DNA of 64,000 nt from Verrucomicrobiia bacterium (GCA_963664225.1 OY760937.1:2944001-3008000), one strand, 5' to 3'. Positions 48,559-60,046 are shown, numbered from the stretch's first letter. Notes: generated by a model from the letters alone, not told the origin. Made by a program: numbers and translations.

Positions 48559-49509
48559 TCATTGCCCGCAACACTTCTTGTATTTCAGGCCGCTGCCGCA
48601 GGGACAAGGTTCGTTGCGGCCGATTTTGGGCTCCCGCACAAACGGGACCGAGAGGTCGTATTGGGGCTCCTCATCAATCGGTTCGCGAGGGCGGAAATTG
48701 TGCTCCATTGATGGTAGAACCGGATGAGGCACCGCTCGTAGTCGGGCTTCCTGATCCTGGAAACCGTCCGGCTCCTCGTCCTCAGGATGAAAGGACGCCC
48801 ACCACTCCATTTCGCCAATGGCATCGGTGATGACGCAGTATTTGTCGCTGTCTGCCAGATTATATTCGAGAAGATCCTCCTCAAAATTTTCCAGCTCAAT
48901 ATAACAGGGATCGATCAGGCCTCTGCTGAAGGCTAGCCGCACATCCTCCACCAATTCCGGCGCGGGCATATTCACCACGGCATCAACCAGCCCGCACCAT
49001 GCATACGAACCGTCATGAGGGAGACGGCCATCGAACAGACTCTTAAAATAGCCGACCACCTGCGCGCGAGGCATCTGTCCGGTGTGCTCCAGCACCAGGA
49101 AGGCCTCGATGGCCGAGTTGCGAACGAACTCGTCCACCTTCTTGTCCTCAATCAGTCGCTCCAAAAGAGTCGGATCGCCATTATAAACGGATCCGAGTAT
49201 CTGACCCAGCGATTCGGTCACCGTGTCGCCGAACAGATCATACAACGTGTCCTCAGGCGCGCTGAAGAGTTTTTCCATCAACGGATAGGCCCGCTTCTCG
49301 CGGAATTGCGCCAGTAGAAAAAGCGCATATTCATGGAGCATGCAATCCGTGCGGCGGGCCCACGCGGCAGGATCCCCGGCCACCATCTCCAGCACATGCA
49401 GCAACTCCGGCGTGATGGCCTCCTGTTGCTCGATGGCCGCCTGCATGGCCTCCAGGGGGAAACGGCCCCTGTGAAGCTCCAGTTCCTTAAGGATTTCGGG
49501 TATCGTCAT
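48559..49509 (-). CDS. DUF1186-like protein with C-terminal SEC-C motif
   Basis: [43 protein letters not shown]. Confidence 0.85.
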   Translation of the reverse strand: MTIPEILKELELHRGRFPLEAMQAAIEQQEAITPELLHVLEMVAGDPAAWARRTDCMLHEYALFLLAQFREKRAYPLMEKLFSAPEDTLYDLFGDTVTESLGQILGSVYNGDPTLLERLIEDKKVDEFVRNSAIEAFLVLEHTGQMPRAQVVGYFKSLFDGRLPHDGSYAWCGLVDAVVNMPAPELVEDVRLAFSRGLIDPCYIELENFEEDLLEYNLADSDKYCVITDAIGEMEWWASFHPEDEEPDGFQDQEARLRAVPHPVLPSMEHNFRPREPIDEEPQYDLSVPFVREPKIGRNEPCPCGSGLKYKKCCGQ

Positions 49510-49645
49510 ATCTCAAAACCGTTTTCTTGAATATCATTCTACCAGCGGGTCCCCATCCCGTCATCCATGAATTGTGTCTCCCATGTCGCTTGTCTGCCCC
49601 CGTTCTTGATTTGGCCCGCGCAATTGCCGATAGTGGGATTCGATT

Positions 49646-49990
49646 ATGAGCAAAACCTTGTTTGAAAAACTCATCGCGCGCGAGATTCCCGCCGATGTGG
49701 TGTATGAGGATGATTCCGTGTTCGCATTCAGGGACATCAAGCCGCAGGCGCCGGTGCATGTGCTCATCGTTCCCAAAAAGCCAATCCCGCGCATTGCGGA
49801 GGCCATGTCGGCCGACCATGCCGTTCTGGGCCACCTGATGCTCAAGGCTGCCGAGGTGGCGCGCAAACTGGGGTTGGAGGAATCCGGGTATCGCCTCGTG
49901 TTTAATAATGGGCGCGATGGCGGGGAGGCCGTGCCGCATCTGCATTGCCACATCCTGGGCGGGCGCCCCATGGCCTGGCCCCCAGGGTGA
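49646..49990 (+). CDS. Histidine triad (HIT/HinT) nucleotide-binding protein
   Basis: FRDIKPQAPVHVL, HLHCHILGGR. Confidence 0.95.
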   Translation: MSKTLFEKLIAREIPADVVYEDDSVFAFRDIKPQAPVHVLIVPKKPIPRIAEAMSADHAVLGHLMLKAAEVARKLGLEESGYRLVFNNGRDGGEAVPHLHCHILGGRPMAWPPG

Positions 49991-50071
49991 GGCTTGCGCT
50001 GCAGAATCCCGCCCCATTATTAACCCGGCTCTTGGGTTGAAAGGTGTGAATGCGTGGGTTATAAAAAGCCC

Positions 50072-53000
50072 ATGCGATCATTGCGCCTCTTTTATGCGGC
50101 TTTTGTGGTGTGCCTGTTTACGGGTCTGGCTTCGGGAGCAGGGGACGAGGCCCGGCTGCTGAGGTTTCCGGCCATTCACGGCGATCAAATCGTTTTTTCC
50201 TACGCGGGCGATCTCTATACGGTGCCCTCCAAGGGCGGCGTGGCCCGGCGTTTGACCAGCGATGTCGGCTACGAAATGTTCCCCAGGTTCTCGCCGGATG
50301 GGCGCCAGCTTGCCTTTACCGCGCAATATGACGGGAACACCGAGGTTTACCTGATGCCCGCGGAGGGCGGCGTCCCCAAACGCCTGACCTACACCGCCAC
50401 GCTGGGCCGCGACGATGTCTCGGATCGCATGGGGCCCAACAATGTCGTGATGGGCTGGCGGGACGACGGCCATGTGGTGTATCGCACGCGTCGCGCCTCG
50501 CTCAACGACTGGCTCGGACAGCTCTACAGCGTTCCGGTGGAGGGGGGAATGTCCGTTCAATTGCCCTTGTCGCGCGGCGCCTGGTGCTCTTTCTCGCCCG
50601 ATGGCAAAAAGATGGCCTACAACCGGGTCTTCCGTGAATTCCGCACCTGGAAACGCTATCGCGGCGGTCAGGCCGACGACATCTGGATCTACGATTTTGC
50701 CAGCGGCCAGACCACCAACATCACCCAGAATCCGGCCCATGACGTTTTCCCCATGTGGCACGGCAACACGGTCTATTTCAATTCGGACCGTGACGCCCTC
50801 AAGCGTTTCAACCTCTACGCCTTCAACCTCGACACGCAGGAGACCCGGCAATTAACCCATTTCGAGGATTACGATGTCAAATTCCCGTCGCTGGGCGACG
50901 AGGCGATTGTTTTTGAAAACGGCGGTTACATCTACCGGCTGGATTTGAACAACGACACCGCGCCGGAAAAGGTGTCCATCCGCATTCAGGAGGATCTGGT
51001 GTCGGGCCGCAACAAACGTCTGGACGTCTCGAAGCACGTCAGTTCCTTCGATGTCTCGCCGGACGGCAACCGGGCCTTGTTCGGCGCGCGTGGGGATGTC
51101 TTCACGGTTCCCGCCAAATATGGCAACACGCGCAACCTGACCGCCACGCCGGGCGTGCATGAGCGCGACGCGCAGTGGTCGCCGGACGGACGCACCATAG
51201 CGTATATCTCCGACGCCACCGGTGAGGATGAGATTTACATCCGGCCGCAGGACGGCAGCGGCGAACCGCTGCAACTCACCCATGATGGCCATGTTTACAA
51301 GTATCATCCGGAGTGGTCGCCCAACAGCCGGAAGATCCTCTGGTCCGACCGCGAGCAGAAGCTCCACTATGTGGATGTGCAGACGCGCCAGGTGACGGAA
51401 GTGACGCGTTCGGATGTGTGGGAAATCACTCAGTATGTCTGGTCGCCCGATTCCTTGTGGATTGCCTTTGTCAAACCGGAGGTGGAAAGTCATGCGACGC
51501 TTCAACTCTATTCCGTGGCTTCCACTCTGATCACGCCCGTGACCGACGGCTGGTTTTCAATCTCGGATCCGGCCTTCAGCGCGGATGGCAAATACCTGTT
51601 TTTCGAATCCAAGCGCAGCTTCGAACCCGCCTCCAGCGAGATCGAGTTCAACTACGCCTACTTTGACATGGGTCGGATTTACTTTGTGACCCTCGCGAAG
51701 GATGTGAAGTCCCCATTCGAGCCTAGAAGTGACGAGGTCAAAATCGCCACAGCTTCCAAGACCGATGCCAAGGCGGACGCAAAACCAGACGCAAAGACAA
51801 CCGACGAGGCGGCCAAGGATGAGAAGAAGGATATCAAGAAGGAAGACAAGGCCGACAAGCCCGTTGTGACCGTCAAAGTGGATTTGGAGGGGATCGTCGA
51901 GCGCATTGCGGCGTTGCCGATCGGCAGTTCGGATTACTCGGGAATCACCGCGCTGGAGAACAAAGTTTACTACATGCGCCACGGCAGAAAAGAGGACAAG
52001 GCGAAACTCCTTTTCTACGACCTGGAGAAACAGAAGGAAACCGAATTGGGCGAAGTGGGCGGCTATGCCATTTCCGCTGACCACAAAAAGATGCTAGTCA
52101 ATATCGAGAACGCTTATGCCATCATGGACACCCCCACGGGCCGGATCGAGATGAAGGACAAACTCAACCTCGGCGATCTGGAGATCCAGCTCGATCGTCA
52201 GGCGGAGTGGCATCAAATCTTCGCCGAGTGCTGGCGGCAGATGCGCGACTTTCTCTTCGATCCCCACATGCGCGGAGTGGATTGGGCGGCGATGCGCGCG
52301 CGCTACGAGCCCCTGGTGTCCTCGGTTCAGCACCGCGCGGATTTGACCTATATCATCGGTGAAATGATCGGGGAGCTGAACATCGGCCACACCTACGTCG
52401 GCGGCGGGGACTATCCCAAACCGGAGCGGATCAAGACCGGGTTGCTGGGCGCGCAGATCGTGAAGGATCCGGCCTCGAAATATTTCCGCATCGTAAAAAT
52501 ACTGAAGGGCCAGAACTGGGAGCCGGGCGTCCGCTCGCCATTGACGGAGATCGGCGTGGAAGCCGCCGAGGGCGATTACATCACCGCGGTCAACGGCGTG
52601 CCGGCCGACCGCATTGCGGACATTTACGAGGCGCTGGTCGGTAAGGTGGGACGCCAGGTGCGCCTGCAAATCAATGCCAAGCCGTCGTCCGAGGGCGGCC
52701 ATGAAACCGTGGTCCTGCCCATTGGCGATGAGCGCCCGCTTTACTATTACACCTGGGTGCAGGAGAATATCGCGAAAGTCACGAAGGCGAGCCACGGCAA
52801 GATCGGTTATGTTCACATTCCCGACATGGGTGTGGAAGGCATGAACGAGTTTGTGAAGTATTATTATCCGCAGTTGCGCCGGGAGGGATTGATCGTGGAC
52901 GTCCGTGGCAATGGCGGTGGGAACGTTTCCCCTCAGATCATCGAGCGGCTGCATCGCGAACTGGCCATGATCACGATCGCGCGCAATTCGATTCCGCACG

Positions 53001-53404
53001 CCAATCCGGATGCCATGCAGTACGGGCCCAAGGCCTGCCTGCTCGATGAATTCTCCGCCTCGGATGGCGACATCTTTCCGTATCGGTTCCGCACCTACAA
53101 AATGGGGCCGCTCATCGGTAAACGCTCCTGGGGCGGTGTCGTGGGCATTCGCGGCTCGCTGCCCTTGCTGGACGGCGGGTTCCTGAACAAACCTGAGTTT
53201 TCGCGATACGATATCGAGGGCAAAGAATGGATCATGGAAGGTCACGGCGTGGACCCGGACATCGTGGTCGAGAACGATCCGGCCCGCGAGTTCGAGGGGG
53301 TCGACGCGCAGTTGGACAAGGCGGTGCAGGTGGTGCTCGAGCAGATTCAGGCCCATCCCCCGCGCCTGGCGCCTCCTCCGCCGTATCCTGACAGAAGTCG
53401 TTAA
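50072..53404 (+). CDS. Tricorn protease-like S41 peptidase (PD40 propellers, PDZ)
   Basis: Signal peptide, WSPD repeats, ELNIGH, DVRGNGGG, SASDGD, EGHGVDPD. Confidence 0.92.
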   Translation: MRSLRLFYAAFVVCLFTGLASGAGDEARLLRFPAIHGDQIVFSYAGDLYTVPSKGGVARRLTSDVGYEMFPRFSPDGRQLAFTAQYDGNTEVYLMPAEGGVPKRLTYTATLGRDDVSDRMGPNNVVMGWRDDGHVVYRTRRASLNDWLGQLYSVPVEGGMSVQLPLSRGAWCSFSPDGKKMAYNRVFREFRTWKRYRGGQADDIWIYDFASGQTTNITQNPAHDVFPMWHGNTVYFNSDRDALKRFNLYAFNLDTQETRQLTHFEDYDVKFPSLGDEAIVFENGGYIYRLDLNNDTAPEKVSIRIQEDLVSGRNKRLDVSKHVSSFDVSPDGNRALFGARGDVFTVPAKYGNTRNLTATPGVHERDAQWSPDGRTIAYISDATGEDEIYIRPQDGSGEPLQLTHDGHVYKYHPEWSPNSRKILWSDREQKLHYVDVQTRQVTEVTRSDVWEITQYVWSPDSLWIAFVKPEVESHATLQLYSVASTLITPVTDGWFSISDPAFSADGKYLFFESKRSFEPASSEIEFNYAYFDMGRIYFVTLAKDVKSPFEPRSDEVKIATASKTDAKADAKPDAKTTDEAAKDEKKDIKKEDKADKPVVTVKVDLEGIVERIAALPIGSSDYSGITALENKVYYMRHGRKEDKAKLLFYDLEKQKETELGEVGGYAISADHKKMLVNIENAYAIMDTPTGRIEMKDKLNLGDLEIQLDRQAEWHQIFAECWRQMRDFLFDPHMRGVDWAAMRARYEPLVSSVQHRADLTYIIGEMIGELNIGHTYVGGGDYPKPERIKTGLLGAQIVKDPASKYFRIVKILKGQNWEPGVRSPLTEIGVEAAEGDYITAVNGVPADRIADIYEALVGKVGRQVRLQINAKPSSEGGHETVVLPIGDERPLYYYTWVQENIAKVTKASHGKIGYVHIPDMGVEGMNEFVKYYYPQLRREGLIVDVRGNGGGNVSPQIIERLHRELAMITIARNSIPHANPDAMQYGPKACLLDEFSASDGDIFPYRFRTYKMGPLIGKRSWGGVVGIRGSLPLLDGGFLNKPEFSRYDIEGKEWIMEGHGVDPDIVVENDPAREFEGVDAQLDKAVQVVLEQIQAHPPRLAPPPPYPDRSR

Positions 53405-53446
53405 GTCTCCGGTTTAAAGACAGCGTTGTAACGGTTGACACTGATT

Positions 53447-56400
53447 ATGGATGAACTGGTGATGACGCCCGCGACGGGCGCGCGGCTGCTTCGGTTTGTG
53501 GGCGATACGCTGCGTTTCGGCCTGAAACCGGCGCGGCCGCAGCCGCTGCCCGAGGGTTGCCGCGCCTTTCTGCGCACCAACCTGGGCCGTGCGGGCGCGC
53601 AACGCGAGGAAATCGTCAAGGCCCACGCCGGCGGCCTGCCGCTGGCCGGAGCCTCCTGGCGGGACATCCCGTTGAAGGCGGGCGCGGACGAATGGTTCGC
53701 GGAATTTCCCGTGGTGGAGGTCGGCTATTTCAAGGCCAAGGCCTATGTCGTCGATGCGACCGGCCGTCAATATTGGCCCCATGGCGCGGACGTCGGAGTC
53801 AGCGTGCATCCCAACGATTGCCGCACCGGGAACACCCTTTATTGCGCGTTCACCCGCATGTTTGGCGCATCCAAAAGCCTGTCCGCCACTTTCGACGCCA
53901 GACGCGAAGACGAATATCGAAAATTTGACGCCGCCGGTTTCACCCTGATCCCCCCCTCCGGAACGCTGCGCGATCTGGCGGCTCAGACTCCCCATATTTT
54001 TGGCACGCTCGGCTGCCGCATCCTGCATCTGCTCCCCATCAATCCCACGCCCACGACCTACGCCCGTTTTGGCCGGTTCGGAAGCCCCTACGCCAGCCTG
54101 GACTTTACCGCGATCGATCCCGCGCTCGTTGAATTCGACCGCAAGACCACAGCTGTGGACCAGTTTCGGGAACTCGCCCGCGCGGTCCATGGACACGGCG
54201 GCCGCCTCTTTCTGGACCTGGCCATCAACCACACAGGCTGGGGTTCGACCCTGCTCAACACGCATCCCGAATGGTTTTTGAAAAATGACAGGGGCGACTT
54301 TGAAAGCCCCGGCGCCTGGGGCACCGTCTGGGAGGATCTCGTCGAATTGGCCCATCGCACCCCCGATTTGTGGGACCAACTGGCCGGGGTCTTTCTGGTC
54401 TGGTGCCGTCGCGGCGTGGATGGTTTCCGTTGCGATGCCGGATACAAGGTTCCCACGGCGGCCTGGCAGTTCATCATTGCGCGGGTGCGGCAGGAATTCC
54501 CCGAAACCATCTTTTTGCTCGAGGGCTTGGGCGGCTCCTGGGAGGCCACCGAGACCCTCCTGACCGAGGGCGGCATGCAATGGGCCTATTCGGAACTCTT
54601 CCAGAATTATCAGGGCCGGGATGTGGCCGCGTATCTGGACTACAGCCTCCGCCAGGCGGAACGCGTCGGGTGCTATGTCCATTACAGCGAGACCCACGAC
54701 AATCCGCGCCTCGCGGCGCAACCCCTGGGCCGCGCCTGGTCGCTGCTGCGCAACCGCCTCTGCGCCCTGACCAGTGTCAGCGGCGGGTATGGATTCACCT
54801 GCGGCGTGGAATGGCTGGCTGCGGAGAAGGTGGATGTCCACCTCTGCAGCGGCATGTCATGGAACAGCGCGCAGAACATCGTCGGCGAACTGGCCACGCT
54901 CAACCGGCTCCTTGCGGGCCATCCCTGTTTCTTCGATGGCGCCCGGCTGACCCGGCTCAGCGGGGATGCGGCCCCGGTTTATGTGCTGCGCCGCGAAGCG
55001 GCGGAAGGCGGCGCGCTGGTGCTCGTGCTGGTGAACACCAATGTCACGGAGTCGGGGGAGGCCATCGTGAAGATCGACGGCTGCCCGATCCTCGAGCGCC
55101 CCTTGTTTGATTTGCTGGGCCAGCCTCTGCCGCCCATGGAATCGCGCTCCGAGCGCATGGTCCGCTTCACTCTGCGGCCCGGCGCCTGCCATTGTCTCGC
55201 GGACGCTCCAATGCCCGATCCGGCGGTGGGCGACGCCTACCGGATGGCTCGCGCGCAGGCGGCCCGCGCATTGCAGGCGATTTGCCGATACCTGCCCGCC
55301 GAAAACATCGGAACCTTTTCATGGCGTTCCCTGGCCGGCTTTTTGGTGAAGGCGGGCCCCGAGAAGTTCCTGGCCTCGCTGTCCGTGCTGGAGGCGTCGG
55401 CCGTTTCCGAAAACTTTGGATCCGCTCTTGAGGCCGCGCTGGCCCGCGACGTTTACCCCCGCGTGGTCGTGTGGGAATGGCCGGATCAACGGCGCGTCAC
55501 GCTCGTGCCGCCGGATCACTGGCTTCTCATTCGCGATTCCGGGCCTTTTCAAGCCACGGTCCGCAGTGCCAGCCGCGAGGAAATCCGGCACCTCTTTTCG
55601 TTTCGCATCGGCGATGTCCATGTGTCCGCCGTGCCGCCCAATCTATTCGACCATGACACCCTCCTCGTCGTCGAGCGCCACGCCGCGGGAGACGCCGTGG
55701 CCAGGGCAAAAATCCGTTTCCTGGCCGCGGCGCCCGTCTGGCCGTTTGAAGCTGCGGCCACCGGCCCGGTGGAGCGTTTTCTCTCCCGGGAATCCCTCGC
55801 GTCCCGGACCGCCCTCCTGACCAATGGCCGCGGGGGCATGGCCCGCCTTTGTCTGGACCTGGGCCGCGTCAATTCCAAATACGACTGTCTCCTGGCCGCC
55901 AATTTGCACCCCACCGTTCCCGTGGACCGCCATGTCTTCGCCAAACGGGTCCGCGTCTGGATTCTCGCCGATGGTTTTCAATCACCCCTGGACGCTCAGA
56001 ATCTCGCCGGCTTCGATCCGGGTCCGCCCGCAGTCTGGCGGTTTCAGGCCAGCGCGGGGGATGGCCGCCGCGTCGAAATCCATTTGATCGCCGACATGCT
56101 GGACCACGCCAACACCACCGTGCTCCGCTTCGTGCGTCCTCCGCATGGTTCCGCGATCGGACGCGAATTGCCCGATGAATGCCCGGTGCGTTTGATCGTG
56201 CGCGTCGATATCGAGGACCGAAGTTACCATTCGGAAACGCATCGCAATCCGGCCGCCGATTTTCATTTCATGAGCCACTCCCGCCCGCTTGAAGAGCGCG
56301 TCGGCTTCGAGTTCACCCCGGCCTCGGACCGGTCTTTGCGCGTCTGGGCGGATGGCGGTCGCTATCACCACGAGGCCGAGTGGTGTAGTCAAATTTCCCA

Positions 56401-57862
56401 TCCCGTGGAACAAAGCAGGGGCCAGCCAGGCTCAGGCGATGCCTATAGCCCGGGTTGGTTTGAGCTTCCCATGAGCAGGGGCGGCGCTTTCATCTTGGCC
56501 GTCAGCGCCGAAGCGCAATGGCCCGCCCCTTCTCAAATTGCGGACTTTGAGACCCGCCGCGTGCAGGCAAACCAACGGGCTGTGGAACGCGCCGCCTTGA
56601 ACGATCTGGATCCCTTTGGCCGTCAACTCACACGCGCCCTGCAGGCCTTCATCGTCGATCGGGACGCCGGCAAGACCGTCATCGCCGGCTATCCCTGGTT
56701 TTTGGACTGGGGACGCGACTCGCTCATCTGCGCCCGTGGCGCCCTTGCGGCCGGCTTGGACCAGGAAGTGGTGGCGCTGCTGGTGGTCTTTGGCCGGTTC
56801 GCCGCCGCCGGCACCCTCCCCAATTCCATTTTTGGCAATGACGCCTCGAACCGCGACACCTCCGACGCCCCGCTCTGGTATGGCGTCGTCTGCGAGGAGG
56901 TCGCGTCAAAAACGGGCATGGACATCTATTCCACCGCCGTGGACAAACAGGGACGCACCATTGCCGAAGTGCTCCTTGAGATTGCCGACGGTTATGCCCG
57001 GGGCGCATCCAACGGCGTGCGCATGGACCCGGCTTCAGGACTCATCTGGAGTCCCCCGCATTTTACCTGGATGGATACCAACTTCCCGGCGGCCACCCCG
57101 CGCGAAGGCTACCCCGTGGAAATCCAGGCGCTCTGGATTCGCCTGTTGCGTCAGTTGGAGCGCCTTGAGGCCGCAGGTTATTGGAGCCGCCGGGAACGGC
57201 CTTCCCTCCCGGACGGAGCCACCTTCGGCGCACTTGCGGACAAAGCCAGCGCATCGTTCCAGAAATTGTTCTGGCTCGAGGATAAAAGCTGGTTCTCCGA
57301 TGTGCTCCTTGCGGCTGCCGGCGTCCCCGCGGCTCAGGCCGTGCCCGACAATGCGCTCCGCGGCAACGGCCTCATCGCCGTGAGCCTGGGCATTGTGACA
57401 GGCGAACGAGCCCGCCGAACCGTCGAGGCCGCGCGTCGTTATTTGGTCATACCGGGGGCCTTGCGCTCCCTGGCCCCATTGCCCGTCTCCCCGCCGCTCC
57501 CTGTGAGGGACGGGGAAGGTCATCTGCTCAACGACCCCGTCAATCCTTATTTCGGACGTTACGAGGGCGACGAGGATACCCGGCGCAAACCCGCTTATCA
57601 CAACGGCACCGCGTGGACATGGACCTTCCCGATCTTCTGCGAAGCCCTGGCGGCCGCCTGGGACCATGCGCCCGAGGCGGTGGCCGCCGCGCGCGCCTAC
57701 CTGGGCAGCATGGACCAGACGATGCTGGAAGGTTGCGTGGGCCAGATTCCCGAAATCCTGGATGGCGACGCTCCCCACGCCCAGCGCGGCTGCGACGCCC
57801 AAGCCTGGGGCGTGACCGAGGCCCTGCGTGTCTGGAAATCCCTTTCAGCGCCACCGCGTTAA
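53447..57862 (+). CDS. Glycogen debranching enzyme: GH13 domain fused to amylo-alpha-1,6-glucosidase (GH133-like)
   Basis: GSPYA, DLAINH, DGFRCDAG, ETHD; IAGYPWFLDWGRD, TWMD, YHNGTAW, AQAWGV. Confidence 0.88.
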   Translation: MDELVMTPATGARLLRFVGDTLRFGLKPARPQPLPEGCRAFLRTNLGRAGAQREEIVKAHAGGLPLAGASWRDIPLKAGADEWFAEFPVVEVGYFKAKAYVVDATGRQYWPHGADVGVSVHPNDCRTGNTLYCAFTRMFGASKSLSATFDARREDEYRKFDAAGFTLIPPSGTLRDLAAQTPHIFGTLGCRILHLLPINPTPTTYARFGRFGSPYASLDFTAIDPALVEFDRKTTAVDQFRELARAVHGHGGRLFLDLAINHTGWGSTLLNTHPEWFLKNDRGDFESPGAWGTVWEDLVELAHRTPDLWDQLAGVFLVWCRRGVDGFRCDAGYKVPTAAWQFIIARVRQEFPETIFLLEGLGGSWEATETLLTEGGMQWAYSELFQNYQGRDVAAYLDYSLRQAERVGCYVHYSETHDNPRLAAQPLGRAWSLLRNRLCALTSVSGGYGFTCGVEWLAAEKVDVHLCSGMSWNSAQNIVGELATLNRLLAGHPCFFDGARLTRLSGDAAPVYVLRREAAEGGALVLVLVNTNVTESGEAIVKIDGCPILERPLFDLLGQPLPPMESRSERMVRFTLRPGACHCLADAPMPDPAVGDAYRMARAQAARALQAICRYLPAENIGTFSWRSLAGFLVKAGPEKFLASLSVLEASAVSENFGSALEAALARDVYPRVVVWEWPDQRRVTLVPPDHWLLIRDSGPFQATVRSASREEIRHLFSFRIGDVHVSAVPPNLFDHDTLLVVERHAAGDAVARAKIRFLAAAPVWPFEAAATGPVERFLSRESLASRTALLTNGRGGMARLCLDLGRVNSKYDCLLAANLHPTVPVDRHVFAKRVRVWILADGFQSPLDAQNLAGFDPGPPAVWRFQASAGDGRRVEIHLIADMLDHANTTVLRFVRPPHGSAIGRELPDECPVRLIVRVDIEDRSYHSETHRNPAADFHFMSHSRPLEERVGFEFTPASDRSLRVWADGGRYHHEAEWCSQISHPVEQSRGQPGSGDAYSPGWFELPMSRGGAFILAVSAEAQWPAPSQIADFETRRVQANQRAVERAALNDLDPFGRQLTRALQAFIVDRDAGKTVIAGYPWFLDWGRDSLICARGALAAGLDQEVVALLVVFGRFAAAGTLPNSIFGNDASNRDTSDAPLWYGVVCEEVASKTGMDIYSTAVDKQGRTIAEVLLEIADGYARGASNGVRMDPASGLIWSPPHFTWMDTNFPAATPREGYPVEIQALWIRLLRQLERLEAAGYWSRRERPSLPDGATFGALADKASASFQKLFWLEDKSWFSDVLLAAAGVPAAQAVPDNALRGNGLIAVSLGIVTGERARRTVEAARRYLVIPGALRSLAPLPVSPPLPVRDGEGHLLNDPVNPYFGRYEGDEDTRRKPAYHNGTAWTWTFPIFCEALAAAWDHAPEAVAAARAYLGSMDQTMLEGCVGQIPEILDGDAPHAQRGCDAQAWGVTEALRVWKSLSAPPR

Positions 57863-58165
57863 ATCTCCGCTGGCTCCGGGCGGAAGCGCGGGCGTTCTCG
57901 CCTGCGGGTTCAAGCGGCGTCTCGCGAAGTTCGCGGCTTTTGTATGGAGTCCCGTCTTTGGACGGCATGGCGTTCAAATCGAGGGGCGCATCCATATTTT
58001 TAACCCTCTCCAACGACGGGGTCACCATACCTTTACACTTTTGCACGTGCGAGACCTTGGAGGGATGGTTTCAATCGGGACTTTGATCCACCGCATTTGT
58101 TCCAGAGGCAGCGTGTCCTGCGCCCGAAGCGCGGCGTCGGTTTTCAGCCACCTTTACGGGAGCGG

Positions 58166-58828
58166 ATGGTTACATTAAACTGTGGCGTGGTTACAACAAT
58201 CGTTTTCGATTTGGACAGTTGCCTGAGCGCCGCTGATGAGCCGGGCGTTCACCTGTTTCAACCCGCCTTCGACGCCATCACGAAGGCCAATCATGGCTCC
58301 CACACGCCCGACATGCTTCGGCAGGCCTTTATCGAAATGTGGCGCGTGCCTTTCGATGCGGTGGCTCAAAAGTATTGCTTCACTCCGGCCATGCGCGACG
58401 CGGGCTGGCAGGTGTTGCTCCCCCTGGAAGTCACCACTCCGATGTCCGGTTACGGCGACATCTCCGTGCTCAAGGAGCTGCCCGTGAAGCGATTTCTGGT
58501 CACCTCGGGCTTTCGCCGCCTCCAGGAAAGCAAGATTCGCGCCCTGGGAATCACTCCTCTGTTCACGGCGATTTTCGTCAATGCCATCGACGAACCAGAG
58601 CGCCACGGCAAGCAGGGCATCATCGAAGCCATCCTTCGCGATCATCGACTCCAGCCCGCGGAAGTGCTCATCGTCGGCGACAATCCCGATTCCGAACTGG
58701 CCGTCGGCCGCCGTCTCGGCATTCGCACCGTCCAAACGCTTCGACCGGGCGTGCCCTTTTCGGACGCGGAAACCCACCATATTCACAGTCTCCACGAACT
58801 CAAAGGCCTCATCGCTCAGGCGCGTTGA
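58166..58828 (+). CDS. HAD-superfamily hydrolase
   Basis: FDLD, LVTSG, K, VGDNPDSE; start uncertain. Confidence 0.8.
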   Translation: MVTLNCGVVTTIVFDLDSCLSAADEPGVHLFQPAFDAITKANHGSHTPDMLRQAFIEMWRVPFDAVAQKYCFTPAMRDAGWQVLLPLEVTTPMSGYGDISVLKELPVKRFLVTSGFRRLQESKIRALGITPLFTAIFVNAIDEPERHGKQGIIEAILRDHRLQPAEVLIVGDNPDSELAVGRRLGIRTVQTLRPGVPFSDAETHHIHSLHELKGLIAQAR

Positions 58829-58990
58829 TGTCTGAAGTGCTTCCTTCGCACCGGCCTTCCACAGCCTGCCGTCCCCGTCAAAACTCCCGGTGGAGTTTGC
58901 CATGTTTGTGCATTAGCTTTGGGCGCGGCGTGGATGAGATTGCTTCATGAGCTCGTGAATGCCCCCAGCGTGCGCCGGATGAATTTTGTT

Positions 58991-60046
58991 ATGAGTGCGA
59001 ACATGGATTTACCGCAGGGCGCTGCCCTGCCGGATTTTGCCGACTGGAAGAAGATTGTGGCCAAATACCAGAGGCCCTCGGTGCCAAGGGCGGTCTATCA
59101 AATGGCAAACACACTGATCCCGTATGTGGCCCTGTGGGTCTTGATGTATCTGAGCCTGGGAGTGTCCTGGTGGCTCACCGTTCCGCTGGCGGTTCTCGCG
59201 GGGGCATTCATGGTGCGCGCCTTCATCATCTTTCACGATTGCGGTCACGGCTCGTTCTTCAAATCGCAGATGGCCAATCACATTGTCGGAGCCATCACCG
59301 GCGTGCTGACGTTCACGCCCTATTACCATTGGCGCTGGCAGCATGCCGCCCATCACTCCAGCTCGGGCGATCTGGACCGCCGCGGCATGGGCGATATCTG
59401 GACGCTGACCGTGCAGGAATACCTGGAATCGTCGCGCTGGAAACGTTTCGCCTACCGCCTCGCGCGCAATCCCGTGGTGCTGTTCGTGCTCGCGCCGCTG
59501 TTTCTGCTGGTCTTGAAGCAGCGTCTGCCCGATCTCAAGGCCCCGACCCGTGAGCGTTACTCGGTTTATTGGACCAATCTCGCCATTGGGGCAATGGCGG
59601 CGGGCCTGATCTGGATTTTCGGTCTCGAGGCCTACCTCATCATTCAGTTGACCATTCTGCTTGTGGCCGGCTCGGCGGGAATCTGGCTGTTCTATGTCCA
59701 GCACCAGTTCGAGGGCGTGTATTGGGAGAGGCGCAACGAATGGGATTACGCGGAGGCGGCCTTGCAGGGGAGTTCCTTCTATAAACTGCCCAGGGTCCTC
59801 CAATGGTTCTCGGGGAACATCGGCTTTCACCACATCCATCATCTCAGTCCAAGGATTCCCAATTACCACCTCGAGAAATGCCAGAAGGCCGAGCCCCTGT
59901 TCCAGACGGTGAAGCCCGTGACCTTTTTCGCCAGCTTCAAGTCGCTCACGTTCCGGCTCTGGGACGAGCAACGCCAGAAGCTGGTCGGCTACCGCCGCTT
60001 GAAGGAGCTTCGAAAGGCCCGGCGGCCGGCGTCTGGTCCGCTTTGA
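58991..60046 (+). CDS. Membrane fatty-acid desaturase
   Basis: His boxes HDCGH, HAAHH and HHIHH. Confidence 0.92.
   Translation: MSANMDLPQGAALPDFADWKKIVAKYQRPSVPRAVYQMANTLIPYVALWVLMYLSLGVSWWLTVPLAVLAGAFMVRAFIIFHDCGHGSFFKSQMANHIVGAITGVLTFTPYYHWRWQHAAHHSSSGDLDRRGMGDIWTLTVQEYLESSRWKRFAYRLARNPVVLFVLAPLFLLVLKQRLPDLKAPTRERYSVYWTNLAIGAMAAGLIWIFGLEAYLIIQLTILLVAGSAGIWLFYVQHQFEGVYWERRNEWDYAEAALQGSSFYKLPRVLQWFSGNIGFHHIHHLSPRIPNYHLEKCQKAEPLFQTVKPVTFFASFKSLTFRLWDEQRQKLVGYRRLKELRKARRPASGPL

Noticed and set aside
52094..54841. Long antisense ORFs (e.g. 52094-53356, 53414-54841; also 102-1193 and 44477-45613)
   Set aside because: Shadow frames of well-supported genes in high-GC DNA, with no motifs.
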